A stretch of 64,000 nucleotides of DNA from contig MKUW01000026.1 of NCBI GenBank assembly GCA_001899005.1, positions 21,468-85,467 on the forward strand, read 5' to 3'. Positions 1 to 9,595 of this stretch are shown in pieces. Made by a program: the position numbers and the translations under genes. The DNA comes from Chloroflexi bacterium 44-23 (GTDB taxonomy: Bacteria; Chloroflexota; Anaerolineae; Anaerolineales; Anaerolineaceae). The notes below the pieces were generated by a model. The model did no database searches. It was not told the origin of the DNA and was given only the letters and a program-made list of their open reading frames with translations. Numbering within the stretch: the stretch's first letter is position 1; every line of letters begins with the position of its first letter.

Positions 1-93
1 GCAGCCGGTGGTTTATCTAATCAGATAATAAATTAATAGCATTCTCACGATTGAGCATTCTTCATGTGATAACAAGATAACAATCGTATGATA

Positions 94-825
94 TTAGTTC
101 TTTGGTTGAAAACGAATTTGAAAAAGGGCGAGAAAATGCTTGATACCAATCATAGGCATTTTCTTCAAATGATAAACTTGGGTATTTCCAGCAAATCGAG
201 GCCGATGAGCGACAGCAATTTCTTTTATCTTGAATTTCTTTAAATAAGCACGTGCGATAAACTCCCACCAATACCCTTGTTGCATACTGCCCATACTACT
301 TACCAGACTTTCAATTACACTTTTTCTTGCTAAAACAAAAGGGCAGCTTGGATCATGGATGGGCACATTGAAAAACAATTTGTAAACCAAATAAAAAAAG
401 CGGGACAATATTCTACGAAGGCCTGGGTCTGCTCGATGTATACGCCAGCCAATCAAGACATCGTAAGATTCGCGCAACTCCCAGAATTTCCAAAAATCCT
501 TCGGTTCGCATTGACCATCTGAGTCGAGACACAAAAGATAAGGCGCATCCATAGCCTTCATTCCGTCGCTTACTGCTCTGGAATAACCTTTACGCTCGTT
601 GCTTGTCATTAATTTGATTGGGTATTTGGAAGATAATTTGTGAAGAATGGCTTGTGTATCATCGATACTGCCATCCTCACATACGATAAATTGAAATGAT
701 ACTTTTGGCGAAAACTCATTAAAGATTTCCTGAATGGTTGCTTCAATACTCCCAGCTTCATTGTGTACCGGTAGTAAAACTTGAAGCTCAAATGCATTTT
801 CCATTGATTTCTCCTCAGTACTCAA
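94..825 (-). CDS. Family 2 glycosyltransferase (Dpm1/GtrB-like polyprenyl-phosphate sugar synthase candidate)
   Basis: 243-aa ORF. GT-A signatures LLPVHNEAGSIE and VCEDGSIDDT, and a DxD-like LDSDGQ. The small single-domain size is typical of polyprenyl-phosphate hexose synthases. Confidence 0.75.
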   Translation of the reverse strand: MSTEEKSMENAFELQVLLPVHNEAGSIEATIQEIFNEFSPKVSFQFIVCEDGSIDDTQAILHKLSSKYPIKLMTSNERKGYSRAVSDGMKAMDAPYLLCLDSDGQCEPKDFWKFWELRESYDVLIGWRIHRADPGLRRILSRFFYLVYKLFFNVPIHDPSCPFVLARKSVIESLVSSMGSMQQGYWWEFIARAYLKKFKIKEIAVAHRPRFAGNTQVYHLKKMPMIGIKHFLALFQIRFQPKN

Positions 826-1282
826 AATTAATTAAGAAAAAGAAGAACATTTATAAATTTTCTCGCGTGCCAACTCGTTCTTGAATGAATTACGAGTGAT
901 AAAAACGAAGAAAAAAACCAGTTTCGATTTTGTGTCAAAAATAATATTGAGCCTTCTTACAACTGTTTGATTATAGGTTTGCTTGAATAGAAAAGCAATT
1001 AAATTTCAATTAATCTTTTAAATTTTGGAGGCATTTTAGCTTTATTCCGGTAACAAGTTTATTAGGTGGGTTTTCGTATTATTTCTAATAATTTATCAGC
1101 TGTTTTGGCTGGCTATGTTAGAATTATTTAATCATTTTTATTCTAACAATTAATCGGTTCCGCGTCCGGTTAAACTATTAACTCAAATTTGGGAAAATTG
1201 TAAATATCCTAAATTGAAAGTTAAGAATGGGTTCTTCATTATTTATTTTCATTTCAAATATTTCCTTTCAGGGAGAATGATC

Positions 1283-2272
1283 ATGCCAAAATCAAAATAT
1301 TTGGTGACTGGAGCTGGGGGTTTTATAGGCCATCATTTGGTGAAAGAATTAAGCCGGCAGGGACATTGGGTCCGTGGGGTGGATATCAAATACCCAGAAT
1401 TTGGTGAAACGGATGCAAATGAATTTTTGCTCCTGGATTTGCGTCGATGGGAAAATTGTCTGCAGGCAGCAGAAGGTGTTGATCAGGTTTTCGCCCTGGC
1501 TGCAGATATGGGTGGAATGGGTTTTATCTCCCACCATCATGGACAGATTCTGCATAACAATTTATTAATAAATACTCACACTTTGGAAGCTGCCAGGCTC
1601 CAAGGGGTCAGACGATACTTTTATACCTCTTCAGCATGTGTTTATCCGGAATACTTGCAATCGGAAGCCTACATAAAGCCTCTCAAGGAAGAGGATGTCT
1701 ATCCCGCACAACCCCAAGACGCATACGGTTGGGAGAAGTTAATTTCAGAACACTTATGCCGGCATTATGGTGAAGAGTATGAAATTCAAACTCGCATTGT
1801 TCGATTCCACAATATTTTTGGACCTCTTGGTACTTGGGATGGTGGTAGAGAAAAAGTGCCGGCTGCTCTGTGCCGAAAAATTGCGTATGCAAAGCTCACT
1901 GGAAAACCGGACATTGAAATCTGGGGAGATGGAGAACAAACACGTTCCTTTTGTTATATTGATGACTGTATCTCAGGAATTTTGAAATTGATGCAATCGG
2001 ATTATTCGCAACCGCTCAATCTCGGCCAGGATCGAATGGTAACAATAAACGAATTGGCTGATATCATTTCTGAAATTGCAGGATTAAAAATTGAAAAGAA
2101 ACATGTTCCGGGCCCACAAGGTGTGCGCGGACGTAATTCGGATAACACCTTGCTAAAAAAGGTACTGAATTGGGAGCCACAGATCAGCCTGGAACAAGGG
2201 TTAGAGACTACCTATAGGTGGATTGAATCGCAGGTTGAAGCACTGATCAAAGCTGATGGCGAAAGCAATTGA
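1283..2272 (+). CDS. GDP-mannose 3,5-epimerase-like extended SDR
   Basis: ORF track 1214..2272. Rossmann motif TGAGGFIGHH. Blocks AADMGGMGFI, SSACVYPE, PQDAYGWEKL (YxxxK), RFHNIFGPLGTWDGGREKVPAALCRK, WGDGEQTRSF and PGPQGVRGRNSDN match what I recall of GDP-mannose 3,5-epimerases. Start moved to ATG 1283 (GGGAG 7 nt upstream; ATG 1277 is also possible). Confidence 0.75.
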   Translation: MPKSKYLVTGAGGFIGHHLVKELSRQGHWVRGVDIKYPEFGETDANEFLLLDLRRWENCLQAAEGVDQVFALAADMGGMGFISHHHGQILHNNLLINTHTLEAARLQGVRRYFYTSSACVYPEYLQSEAYIKPLKEEDVYPAQPQDAYGWEKLISEHLCRHYGEEYEIQTRIVRFHNIFGPLGTWDGGREKVPAALCRKIAYAKLTGKPDIEIWGDGEQTRSFCYIDDCISGILKLMQSDYSQPLNLGQDRMVTINELADIISEIAGLKIEKKHVPGPQGVRGRNSDNTLLKKVLNWEPQISLEQGLETTYRWIESQVEALIKADGESN

Positions 2273-2683
2273 ATTCTTGTTTATGGTAAACGAAAGGGTA
2301 ATTGTTCGGATGGTAAAAAATTTTCCCTGAGAAACCATCACAATTTCTATGATTAACATTTCAAAAAATGGGGAACCTAATGTAATGTTTATCGCTGCTG
2401 CCATAGTACACAAACACTTTTTTTTAATAAATTAGGTTATCATATTTATGTAAGTAGACAAAGCCGGTACAAAGTTCATCCGATGGATTTAGTGACAAAG
2501 GGTTGGAAAAATGGGTTTGATTAAATCAATCATAACAATTATTCTTGCCAGTATCGCAGTGATTATAATGGCTGCAAGCATAAAATTAATTCATAATTAA
2601 TAGAGGTGATTTCTGAAAGCTTAGCGAGAAAAGTTGGTTTGAGAAATGGTTTTGCTTGGGATGGATTTCAGAGGAGAAAAAGT

Positions 2684-4063
2684 ATGAAACGCAATTTCCG
2701 ATCATTATTTATTATCCTGGTTATGGCAGGTCTTATTAGCGTATTGTTTGCTTGTGCTTCTCCTGCTCCAACCAAGACAACGACAACAACTGAAACACAA
2801 GTGAAAGATTTTGTTACCTGGTTTCAATATGATGAAAAAAATGATGACCCGGCCAGCGATGAGCGGGTGGGTAATGCCTACCTTAGGAAAACCATTCCAG
2901 AATTTAATGCTGACTTTTCCGGTAAATGGAACTGGGTGAATGTGCCCAAAGCCTGGGATAAAATGACGGCCGAATTGGTTGCTGCCGTAATCGCAGGCGG
3001 AGATGTTCCCGACATGGTGGAATTAGGTGGGCAACAAACCATTACCTACATCAACAACAACGCGCTGATGGATATTACCGACTGGGTAAAAGCGCAGTCC
3101 TGGTATGCTGATTTTGAGCCAGGTGCGATTAAAGCATGTACCGGGCCTGACGGAAAAATTTATTGCGTCCCGACTGCAGAACGCCCAGCCTTGGTGTATG
3201 TTTGGTCCGGTCGCTACCCGAATGGGTTCCCGACCACTCCGGAACAGTTTCTGGTAGAGGCAGAACGTTTGAAATCAGAGGGTTTCTACGCCTGGACTTA
3301 TTTCGGTTCAACCGCATATGGCGGATCCGGAGCTTATCGCATGGTTTGGTCATTGATTTCTTCCTATGGAGGAAAGTATGACGATGGTCAAGGCAATATG
3401 CTGCTCAATATACCCGAAAATGTGGCGGCGATCACATTTCTGCGTGAGACTGTGGCAAAGGGTTATCAACCCGAGACTGTTTTCGCAGGTGGTTTCGTTG
3501 AAGAAGACGCTTTCAAAGACGCCTCAGCTGGGGCAATTCCAACTGGTTTGTTTGGCTATCGTTATATAAATCCATTAACAGCGCCAGATGGTACCAAGTT
3601 CGACAAAGGCAATGAAACGGACATGATTGATGCAATCGCCGCAGGAGAAGTGATTATGCGCCCAATGTTTGCCCCTGAAGGAAATATCCCAGGTTGTAAT
3701 CTTGACATACAGGGTTATGGCATCCCCGTTGGAGCCAAGAATCCAGAAGCATCCCATGACTATATTAACTGGATCATGAGCGATATGACTCGTACCATTG
3801 AGTATGTGATAGGACCTGGTGCCGGATTCCCGACCCTGGTATCAGCTCAATCTAATCCTGCCATGCAAACTCCTTTTTACCAACAGGCTGCTATTGCCAT
3901 CAATGCTAGCCAGTGCAGTAATTGGGCCGGAACCTTAGAACGTCCTGCTGAGGCATCCGAATTGATCATGAATGCAGTTTATAAATTGATCAAAGAAGAC
4001 CCTACTATGGATATCGCAACTGAATTACAGAAAGCACAAGAAGAATATAACGCAAACAACTAA
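2684..4063 (+). CDS. ABC transporter extracellular solute-binding lipoprotein (CUT1 sugar family)
   Basis: ORF track 2606..4063. Start moved to ATG 2684, which is preceded by GAGGAG. Signal peptide with lipobox LFAC followed by Thr-rich linker PTKTTTTTETQ. About 460 aa and directly upstream of two MalF/MalG-type permease genes. Confidence 0.8.
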   Translation: MKRNFRSLFIILVMAGLISVLFACASPAPTKTTTTTETQVKDFVTWFQYDEKNDDPASDERVGNAYLRKTIPEFNADFSGKWNWVNVPKAWDKMTAELVAAVIAGGDVPDMVELGGQQTITYINNNALMDITDWVKAQSWYADFEPGAIKACTGPDGKIYCVPTAERPALVYVWSGRYPNGFPTTPEQFLVEAERLKSEGFYAWTYFGSTAYGGSGAYRMVWSLISSYGGKYDDGQGNMLLNIPENVAAITFLRETVAKGYQPETVFAGGFVEEDAFKDASAGAIPTGLFGYRYINPLTAPDGTKFDKGNETDMIDAIAAGEVIMRPMFAPEGNIPGCNLDIQGYGIPVGAKNPEASHDYINWIMSDMTRTIEYVIGPGAGFPTLVSAQSNPAMQTPFYQQAAIAINASQCSNWAGTLERPAEASELIMNAVYKLIKEDPTMDIATELQKAQEEYNANN

Positions 4064-4209
4064 TTTCTTGAATTACGTATATTGGTAGCTTCATCAGACA
4101 AGGTGAAAAGGATTCACTCCCTTTCGCCTGCTACTTTGAACCAGATTTATATTTGAAAGGTCTACCGCAGTACTTCACCCTGAAACAAACTCGAAAGGTG
4201 ATATCTACA

Positions 4210-5154
4210 ATGCGATCTGCAAAGCCACGAAAACCAATTAGCTACCATCTGCGAAAGTCATTGCCCTTTTGGTTGATCTTACCGACGCTAATTGTCATTA
4301 TTATTGTTCAAGTGTATCCAGCGTTGTACACAATCTGGTTGAGTATGCAAGCTCGCCACGCTACCGGCTGGGAGTACGTAGGTACACAGAATTTTGAGCG
4401 TTTGTTTGGAACAGGTTTATTCCCTGAGAGCGTTGGTCACACGGTTATTTTTCTGACGGGATATGCGCTCGTTACACTCACTTTGGGGTTTGTGATAGCA
4501 ATCTTATTAAAGCAAAAAGTACCTTTTACTGGTGTTTATATCACCTTATTATTTATTCCCTGGATTATCGCAGACATTATTGCAGGCTTGATCTTTCGAT
4601 TGATGGTTACGCCGGATTATGGTCTTTTTTCCGGGATCTTACAGAACCCCGCTTTATTTCCTCCGAATGGGCTATCTATTCTAACTGCAGCCCGTCCGGC
4701 ACCATGGTTTGGTAGTTTCCCTTTTCCACCATCTCCCGCCATGATATATCTAATTCTTGCTGCCTCGTGGCGCGCCTTACCGTTTATAACGTTATTAATT
4801 CTGGCAGCTTTGCAGACAGTTTCGCATGAGGTTATGGAAAGTGCCCGCATTGACGGAGCAAATCTTGTGCAATTAACCCGTTATATCACCATTCCATTAA
4901 TATTGCCCACCATGGTGGTTGCGCTTTTTTTCTTGATGTTGGGTGGCATTAACGGGGTCGGTATGGTGTTTAGTCTGACTGGCGGAGGGCCAGGTACAAC
5001 GACTTATGTAATCAGTTATCTACTGTATGTTATTGGGTGGGGCCAGCTCCGATTTGGAAGGGCAGCTGCCCTGGCATTGCTGATTGCTGCAGTTAATTGG
5101 TTACTAATATTAAGCGTTCTGCGGATTACTCGTATAAACGATCGGAGCAGGTAA
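4210..5154 (+). CDS. Sugar ABC transporter permease (MalF-like)
   Basis: Six predicted TM segments. EAA loop ESARIDGANLVQLTRYITIPLILP. The ORF-track start 4153 is TTG. ATG 4210 (MRSAKPRK) preceded by AAAGGTG is preferred. Confidence 0.8.
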   Translation: MRSAKPRKPISYHLRKSLPFWLILPTLIVIIIVQVYPALYTIWLSMQARHATGWEYVGTQNFERLFGTGLFPESVGHTVIFLTGYALVTLTLGFVIAILLKQKVPFTGVYITLLFIPWIIADIIAGLIFRLMVTPDYGLFSGILQNPALFPPNGLSILTAARPAPWFGSFPFPPSPAMIYLILAASWRALPFITLLILAALQTVSHEVMESARIDGANLVQLTRYITIPLILPTMVVALFFLMLGGINGVGMVFSLTGGGPGTTTYVISYLLYVIGWGQLRFGRAAALALLIAAVNWLLILSVLRITRINDRSR

Positions 5155-5155
5155 A

Positions 5156-6094
5156 ATGACAAAAAAATTTTATCTAAACCGTCGGATTTGGAAGAGGCGT
5201 TTGGTAGGTTTAGCCCTTCTGGTCATCACGGTAATTTCGATTTTTCCTATCGCAACTACCATTTTGGTTTCCTTTAAACAACAGGCTGATATTACACGTA
5301 AACCGCCGGTAATTTTTCCATGTGACACGCCAGAACAAAAATTCGACATCAAGGCCTGTCGCTGGTCTGTTGAAGGATACCAACGTGTTTTTGCTCCGAA
5401 ACCTGATGAAGGATCATTGTTTGGTTTTAAATTTACCGGTAATCTGTTGAGGATTTATATTCCCAACACATTGATGTATGCTTTCTCGACTGCTTTCTTT
5501 GTGACGCTCTTGGCGAGCTTTTCCGGCTTTGCCTTTTCCCGGTATCATTTCCGCGGTCATAATGCACTCATGGCGGCAATTTACGCGGTTACAGGAGTTC
5601 CTTTGCTAACCAACATATTAGCCTTGTATCAAATGTCCATAACACTAAGGAAAAATGTGGGTTTTTTTGATGATCGAATGTTTTTGGTCTTTGTCTATCT
5701 CGGATTCTTCTTGCCCATCAGCGTTTGGATTGCAAAAGGTTTCTTTGATACCATACCTCGTGAACTCGAGGAATCAGCACTTCTTGCGGGTTGCAGTACT
5801 CTTGGAGCTTTATTCCGCATAACCATGCCCTTGGCCTTGCCGGGTCTTATTTCCGTTTTTCTGTTAACTTTTGTTAATGTTTGGAATGAGTTCATTGTCG
5901 CTTATTTATTGGTCACTAAGAATGAATATAAACCGGCTATGTTTGGTTTGTATGATTTCTTGAGTCAAAATATTATCAATTTGCAAGTATTGGCAGCTGC
6001 TTGTATTATCATAGCCGCCCCAATTGTCATTCTCTTCCTCTTTGCGCGTAAAATCTTTTTTAAGGCCATGGTGGAAGGAGCAGTTAAGGGCTAG
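5156..6094 (+). CDS. Sugar ABC transporter permease (MalG-like)
   Basis: Starts 1 nt after the upstream permease stop. EAA loop ESALLAGCSTLGALFRITMPLALPG. Polytopic membrane protein. Confidence 0.8.
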   Translation: MTKKFYLNRRIWKRRLVGLALLVITVISIFPIATTILVSFKQQADITRKPPVIFPCDTPEQKFDIKACRWSVEGYQRVFAPKPDEGSLFGFKFTGNLLRIYIPNTLMYAFSTAFFVTLLASFSGFAFSRYHFRGHNALMAAIYAVTGVPLLTNILALYQMSITLRKNVGFFDDRMFLVFVYLGFFLPISVWIAKGFFDTIPRELEESALLAGCSTLGALFRITMPLALPGLISVFLLTFVNVWNEFIVAYLLVTKNEYKPAMFGLYDFLSQNIINLQVLAAACIIIAAPIVILFLFARKIFFKAMVEGAVKG

Positions 6095-6150
6095 TTACGG
6101 GAAATTTATGACCGCATCAAATCGTTACAAGTAAGTTTATTGAATGCTTT

Positions 6151-6966
6151 TTATGGTGATATTGCATTTTTCCATAAATCCAACAAAACAGCCAGATTCT
6201 TAACAACCAGATCCGGCGTAATCCCTTTATCTGTTATTGATTCCTGCTTATCGACACCGGTCTCTATCAAAATCGTTTTCAAGCCGGCTTGTTGACCCCC
6301 AATGATATCGGTCTCCAAGCGGTCACCGAGCATAATGGTTTCGGATGGCTGGCTACCAAGCACTTCCAGACCACGTAAAAACATGAGCGGATTTGGCTTA
6401 CCGATGACAGTCGCTTTACGGCCAGAGGCTGCTTCCAAAGCGGCGATGTTAGTTCCACACTCGGGGATTAACCCTTCTTCGGAAGGCGAAACAACATCCG
6501 GATTGGTACCAATAAAATGCGCTCCGGTTTGCAGGTGCAAACATCCATATTTTAATTTATCATAGGTCAGATAATGATCGCCACCAACCACAACAAAATC
6601 AACCGGTTTGGAAACATCGCTAATTAAATGATACCCCTCGGCAAGGAGTGCCTCTTCGAGCCCGGATTCTCCAATTACATAGACTGCATGCCCATCCAGG
6701 TTGGTGTGCATGTAGTTCGCAGCTACGGTTGAGCAGGTCAGGATGTTCTTTTCTCCAAGGATAACCCCATGTTCTCTCATTTTTTGGATATAAGCTTGTG
6801 GGGATAGGGTTGAGTTGTTGGTTAGAATTAAGAAAGGGATACCATTTGATTGCAAGAATGACAGAAAAGAATTCATGGCGGGCAAAGGCGTGCTGCCAGC
6901 CAGTAAAGTTCCATCAATATCGATCATGATTGCTTTAATATTTTTTAAAAAGTATGAGTTGTTCAA
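6151..6966 (-). CDS. HAD-superfamily subfamily IIA hydrolase (NagD-like sugar phosphatase)
   Basis: Motif I MIDIDGTLL, motif II LTNNS, motif IV GDRLETDI. 271 aa. Confidence 0.7.
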   Translation of the reverse strand: MNNSYFLKNIKAIMIDIDGTLLAGSTPLPAMNSFLSFLQSNGIPFLILTNNSTLSPQAYIQKMREHGVILGEKNILTCSTVAANYMHTNLDGHAVYVIGESGLEEALLAEGYHLISDVSKPVDFVVVGGDHYLTYDKLKYGCLHLQTGAHFIGTNPDVVSPSEEGLIPECGTNIAALEAASGRKATVIGKPNPLMFLRGLEVLGSQPSETIMLGDRLETDIIGGQQAGLKTILIETGVDKQESITDKGITPDLVVKNLAVLLDLWKNAISP

Positions 6967-7031
6967 TTCTTGCTTGCTCCCTGATTGAATGGGTGGTAAA
7001 TGGCTTGAAATATTATTTCTGCATTTTAGCT

Positions 7032-7778
7032 TTATTGTTTTTTGCGCCGCCCATAGCGTTCTCCGCCATCGACGGTGATAAATTCCGCGTTGATGTAATC
7101 GGATTCAATTAAGAATTTGACTGTTCTAGAAATATCAACGGGTGTCCCCCAGCGTTTGAGCAAGGTTCTGTCAGCGACTTTTTTGATTTGCTCCTCAGTG
7201 TAACCGGGCGGGGGGAGTATGGGACCAGGCACGATTGCGTTCACTCTGACATGGGGTTGAAGTTCCAGGGCAAATTGACGTGTCATTGCTAAGAGTGCAG
7301 ATTTGCCAACCGCGTGTGCTGTCAGGTTCGGCCATGCTTCCCATGCCGAAAGATCAACAATGTTAATAATTACACCCTCTTTCGAAGCAAGCATATCAGT
7401 AGCAGCCAGATTTGAAAGATAAAAAGCCCCATCAATTTGAACGCCGGTGACTGAATGCCAGGCATCCATTGATGTGGTTGGTACCGGCGTTCTCTTAAAT
7501 AGGGAAGCATTATTCACCAGAATATCGACTGAGCCCATTTGTTCATGAATCTCGACGAACATGGCCTGCACTTCATCCCACTTGGAGATATCAGCTTTGA
7601 CAGCCAATGCTTTTCGACCCATATCTTCAATTTCGCGAGTGGTCTCAAGAGCTTCTTTGTTGCTGGAGCTGTAATTGACAATAATATCGGCTCCAGCTCT
7701 GGCCAACTCCAAAGAAATTGCTTTACCAACCCGAATCGCTCCACCGGTGATTAATGCGTTTTTCGATTGGATGTTCAT
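7032..7778 (-). CDS. Short-chain dehydrogenase/reductase family protein (atypical active site)
   Basis: Cofactor loop ITGGAIRVGKAI, NNAS motif, classical SDR length of 248 aa. The expected YxxxK reads HAVGK. Confidence 0.7.
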   Translation of the reverse strand: MNIQSKNALITGGAIRVGKAISLELARAGADIIVNYSSSNKEALETTREIEDMGRKALAVKADISKWDEVQAMFVEIHEQMGSVDILVNNASLFKRTPVPTTSMDAWHSVTGVQIDGAFYLSNLAATDMLASKEGVIINIVDLSAWEAWPNLTAHAVGKSALLAMTRQFALELQPHVRVNAIVPGPILPPPGYTEEQIKKVADRTLLKRWGTPVDISRTVKFLIESDYINAEFITVDGGERYGRRKKQ

Positions 7779-7872
7779 TATTTCTCCTTAATTTATTAAT
7801 CCAAGTTCTGGATTCAAGTTTCAAGTATAACGGACATCCCAAAGAATACCTCATAACGGGCATAACAATCAA

Positions 7873-7926
7873 GTTGTTTGCGAGAGCGAAGGTTAAGCTT
7901 GGCTTCCCGTTTTCTCTCGCTGCAAC
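7873..7926. other. Nested hairpin in the divergent SDR/OYE promoter region
   Basis: gttg...gcgagag(7880..7886)...aagctt...ctctcgc(7914..7920)...caac. A 7-bp GC-rich stem plus a 4-bp outer stem. Confidence 0.4.
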
Positions 7927-8077
7927 TTAAGTCCTGAAAGAGGCATTAATGGAATGATTTCCATAAAGGATTCAATAATTGCCTTCATTTTTGTGATTTC
8001 TTCGAAAATGACACGAATGTCTGTGTAATAATAGATATACAAGCAAGGAAACCAAAATACTGATCAATTCCGGAGAG

Positions 8078-9145
8078 ATGATGCCCAATTTATATGATCC
8101 TTTTACAATTCGCAGTGTTACCTTACGAAATCGCATCGGTTTGTCGCCGATGTGCCAGTATAGCTACCAGGATGGCTTTTCTAATGACTGGCAAGTGCTT
8201 CATCTTGGAACACGTGCTGTTGGCGGTCTGGGATTAGTCATCAGTGAAGCGACTGCCGTTGAACCAGCTGGACGAATCACACCTCATGATGTTGGAATCT
8301 GGTCGGATGAACACATTGCACCTTTGCAAAAAGTAACCGATCAGATTCATGAGAATGGAGCCGTTGCTGGCATCCAATTAGCCCATGCAGGCCGAAAGGC
8401 CTGTACTCATCGCCCCTGGGATGGTAGCTATCCCATCAAAGTAGACGAAAAAGGCTGGTGGCAATCCAAATCTGCCAGCGCAATTGCATTCAGTGAAGCT
8501 CATCAAATACCATTGGAGATGACCGAAAATGACATCCAATCAGTCTTAAATGCATTTCAGGCTGCTGCACGCCGATCCTGGCAGGCTGGTTTTCGATGGA
8601 TGGAAATTCACGCTGCTCATGGATATCTAATCCACAACTTTTATTCGCCCATTTCCAACCACAGAGAAGATCAATATGGTGGCAGTTTTGAGAACCGGAT
8701 CCGGTTTCTTTTAATGGTTGTGGCAGCTGTAAAAGCTGAATGGCCTGAAGACCTCCCATTGACTATCCGTATTTCAGGGACTGATTGGGTGGAAGATGGT
8801 TGGACAGTCGCAGATTCGATTAGATTAGCAGGCGTATTGAAAGATCAAGGTGTCGATCTGATTGATTGTTCATCGGGAGGTAATGCAGCCACGGCGAAGA
8901 TACCGCTAGGCGCAGGTTACCAGGTGCCCATAGCCGAAGCCATTCGTCAACAGGCCGGGATTGCTACGGCAGCTGTCGGATTGATCACCTCACCGATGCA
9001 GGCGGATGAGATCATTCGCAATCAACGTGCAGATATTGTGCTGCTTGGGCGTGAGCTTTTACGTAATCCTTACTGGGCATTAACGGCTGCCGAGGAAGTA
9101 CATAAAAGCGCAGCAGTTCCGAACCAATACTTACGGGCATTTTGA
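8078..9145 (+). CDS. namA: NADPH dehydrogenase / NADH:flavin oxidoreductase, Old Yellow Enzyme family (YqjM/NamA type)
   Basis: N-terminus LYDPFTIRSVTLRNRIGLSPMCQYS. HAAHGYLIHNF active-site block. 355 aa TIM-barrel flavoprotein pattern. Confidence 0.85.
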   Translation: MMPNLYDPFTIRSVTLRNRIGLSPMCQYSYQDGFSNDWQVLHLGTRAVGGLGLVISEATAVEPAGRITPHDVGIWSDEHIAPLQKVTDQIHENGAVAGIQLAHAGRKACTHRPWDGSYPIKVDEKGWWQSKSASAIAFSEAHQIPLEMTENDIQSVLNAFQAAARRSWQAGFRWMEIHAAHGYLIHNFYSPISNHREDQYGGSFENRIRFLLMVVAAVKAEWPEDLPLTIRISGTDWVEDGWTVADSIRLAGVLKDQGVDLIDCSSGGNAATAKIPLGAGYQVPIAEAIRQQAGIATAAVGLITSPMQADEIIRNQRADIVLLGRELLRNPYWALTAAEEVHKSAAVPNQYLRAF

Positions 9146-9264
9146 CTTTTCAGTCAATTATTTCTCCAAGGGATGACTACTGGGTGATTGCTGGCATCAA
9201 TAGATTCCAGATTGATACACAATCATTTTTTATTTTTGTTCAAATTTATAGTTTCATTTTTTTG

Positions 9265-9286
9265 CAAAACTATTGTAACTGCTCAG
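9265..9286. repeat. Left imperfect inverted repeat bounding the structured non-coding region
   Basis: caaaactattgtaactgctcag. Its partner 9698..9720 reads caaaatagtttgtaacaactcag in reverse complement. The shared blocks are caaaa, gtaac and ctcag. Confidence 0.4.
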
Positions 9287-9293
9287 TTATGTT

Positions 9294-9334
9294 ATTGTGA
9301 GACACCGTTTTCGTATTTGGTGGCGCGGCAATCT
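9294..9334 (+). repeat. 41-nt hairpin-forming direct repeat, copy 1
   Basis: attgtgagacaccgttttcgtatttggtggcgcggcaatct. 34 of 41 positions are identical to 9596..9636 by hand count. Stems attgt/gcaat and cacc/ggtg. Confidence 0.6.
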
Positions 9335-9454
9335 CCTCAAAAAAAATTGGTAGTAAAACAGAAAATTGCTTCGAGCTGCCATCATTATTAGAAAGATTGA
9401 GTAGTAACGAAAGGTCTTTGAATTTCACTTTGGTATTTATGATATGCATAAACA

Positions 9455-9590
9455 GGCGGTCAACCTAATTCTGCTCATGGGCGAAGCATCCGCGATGGGT
9501 ATGTTTTTACAAGATAGAATGATTTTCCAGATGCTTCGCCCTTACGAAAGAACTCACATGCAATCTGGCGAAATATGTACCTAGACCGCC
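9455..9590. other. Nested long hairpin (7-bp outer stem, perfect 12-bp inner stem)
   Basis: ggcggtc 9455..9461 pairs with gaccgcc 9584..9590. gggcgaagcatc 9479..9490 pairs perfectly with gatgcttcgccc 9530..9541, leaving a 39-nt loop. Confidence 0.55.
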
Positions 9591-9595
9591 CTCTC

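Noticed and set aside
1117-1147. 8-bp perfect inverted repeat gttagaat-N15-attctaac upstream of the epimerase-like gene
   Set aside because: It lies in a very AT-rich spacer where such short palindromes arise by chance. No partner regulator gene is adjacent.
2511-2600. 29-aa hydrophobic mini-ORF (MGLIKSIITIILASIAVIIMAASIKLIHN) upstream of the sugar-binding lipoprotein gene
   Set aside because: It could be a single-TM micropeptide, but the ribosome-binding site is weak and the region is AT-rich. Nothing in the sequence supports it beyond hydrophobicity, so it is too speculative to call.
9188-9391. 67-aa ORF (MLASIDSRLIHNHFLFLF...) in the namA-downstream spacer
   Set aside because: It uses a non-ATG start, has no ribosome-binding site and is low-complexity and hydrophobic. 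It also runs straight through the inverted repeat and the 41-nt hairpin repeat, so non-coding structure explains it better.
9477-9584. 35-aa ORF (MGEASAMGMFLQDRMIFQMLRPYERTHMQSGEICT) spanning the 12-bp hairpin
   Set aside because: There is no Shine-Dalgarno sequence upstream. The ORF is created by the two arms of a perfect inverted repeat, so it is probably incidental.
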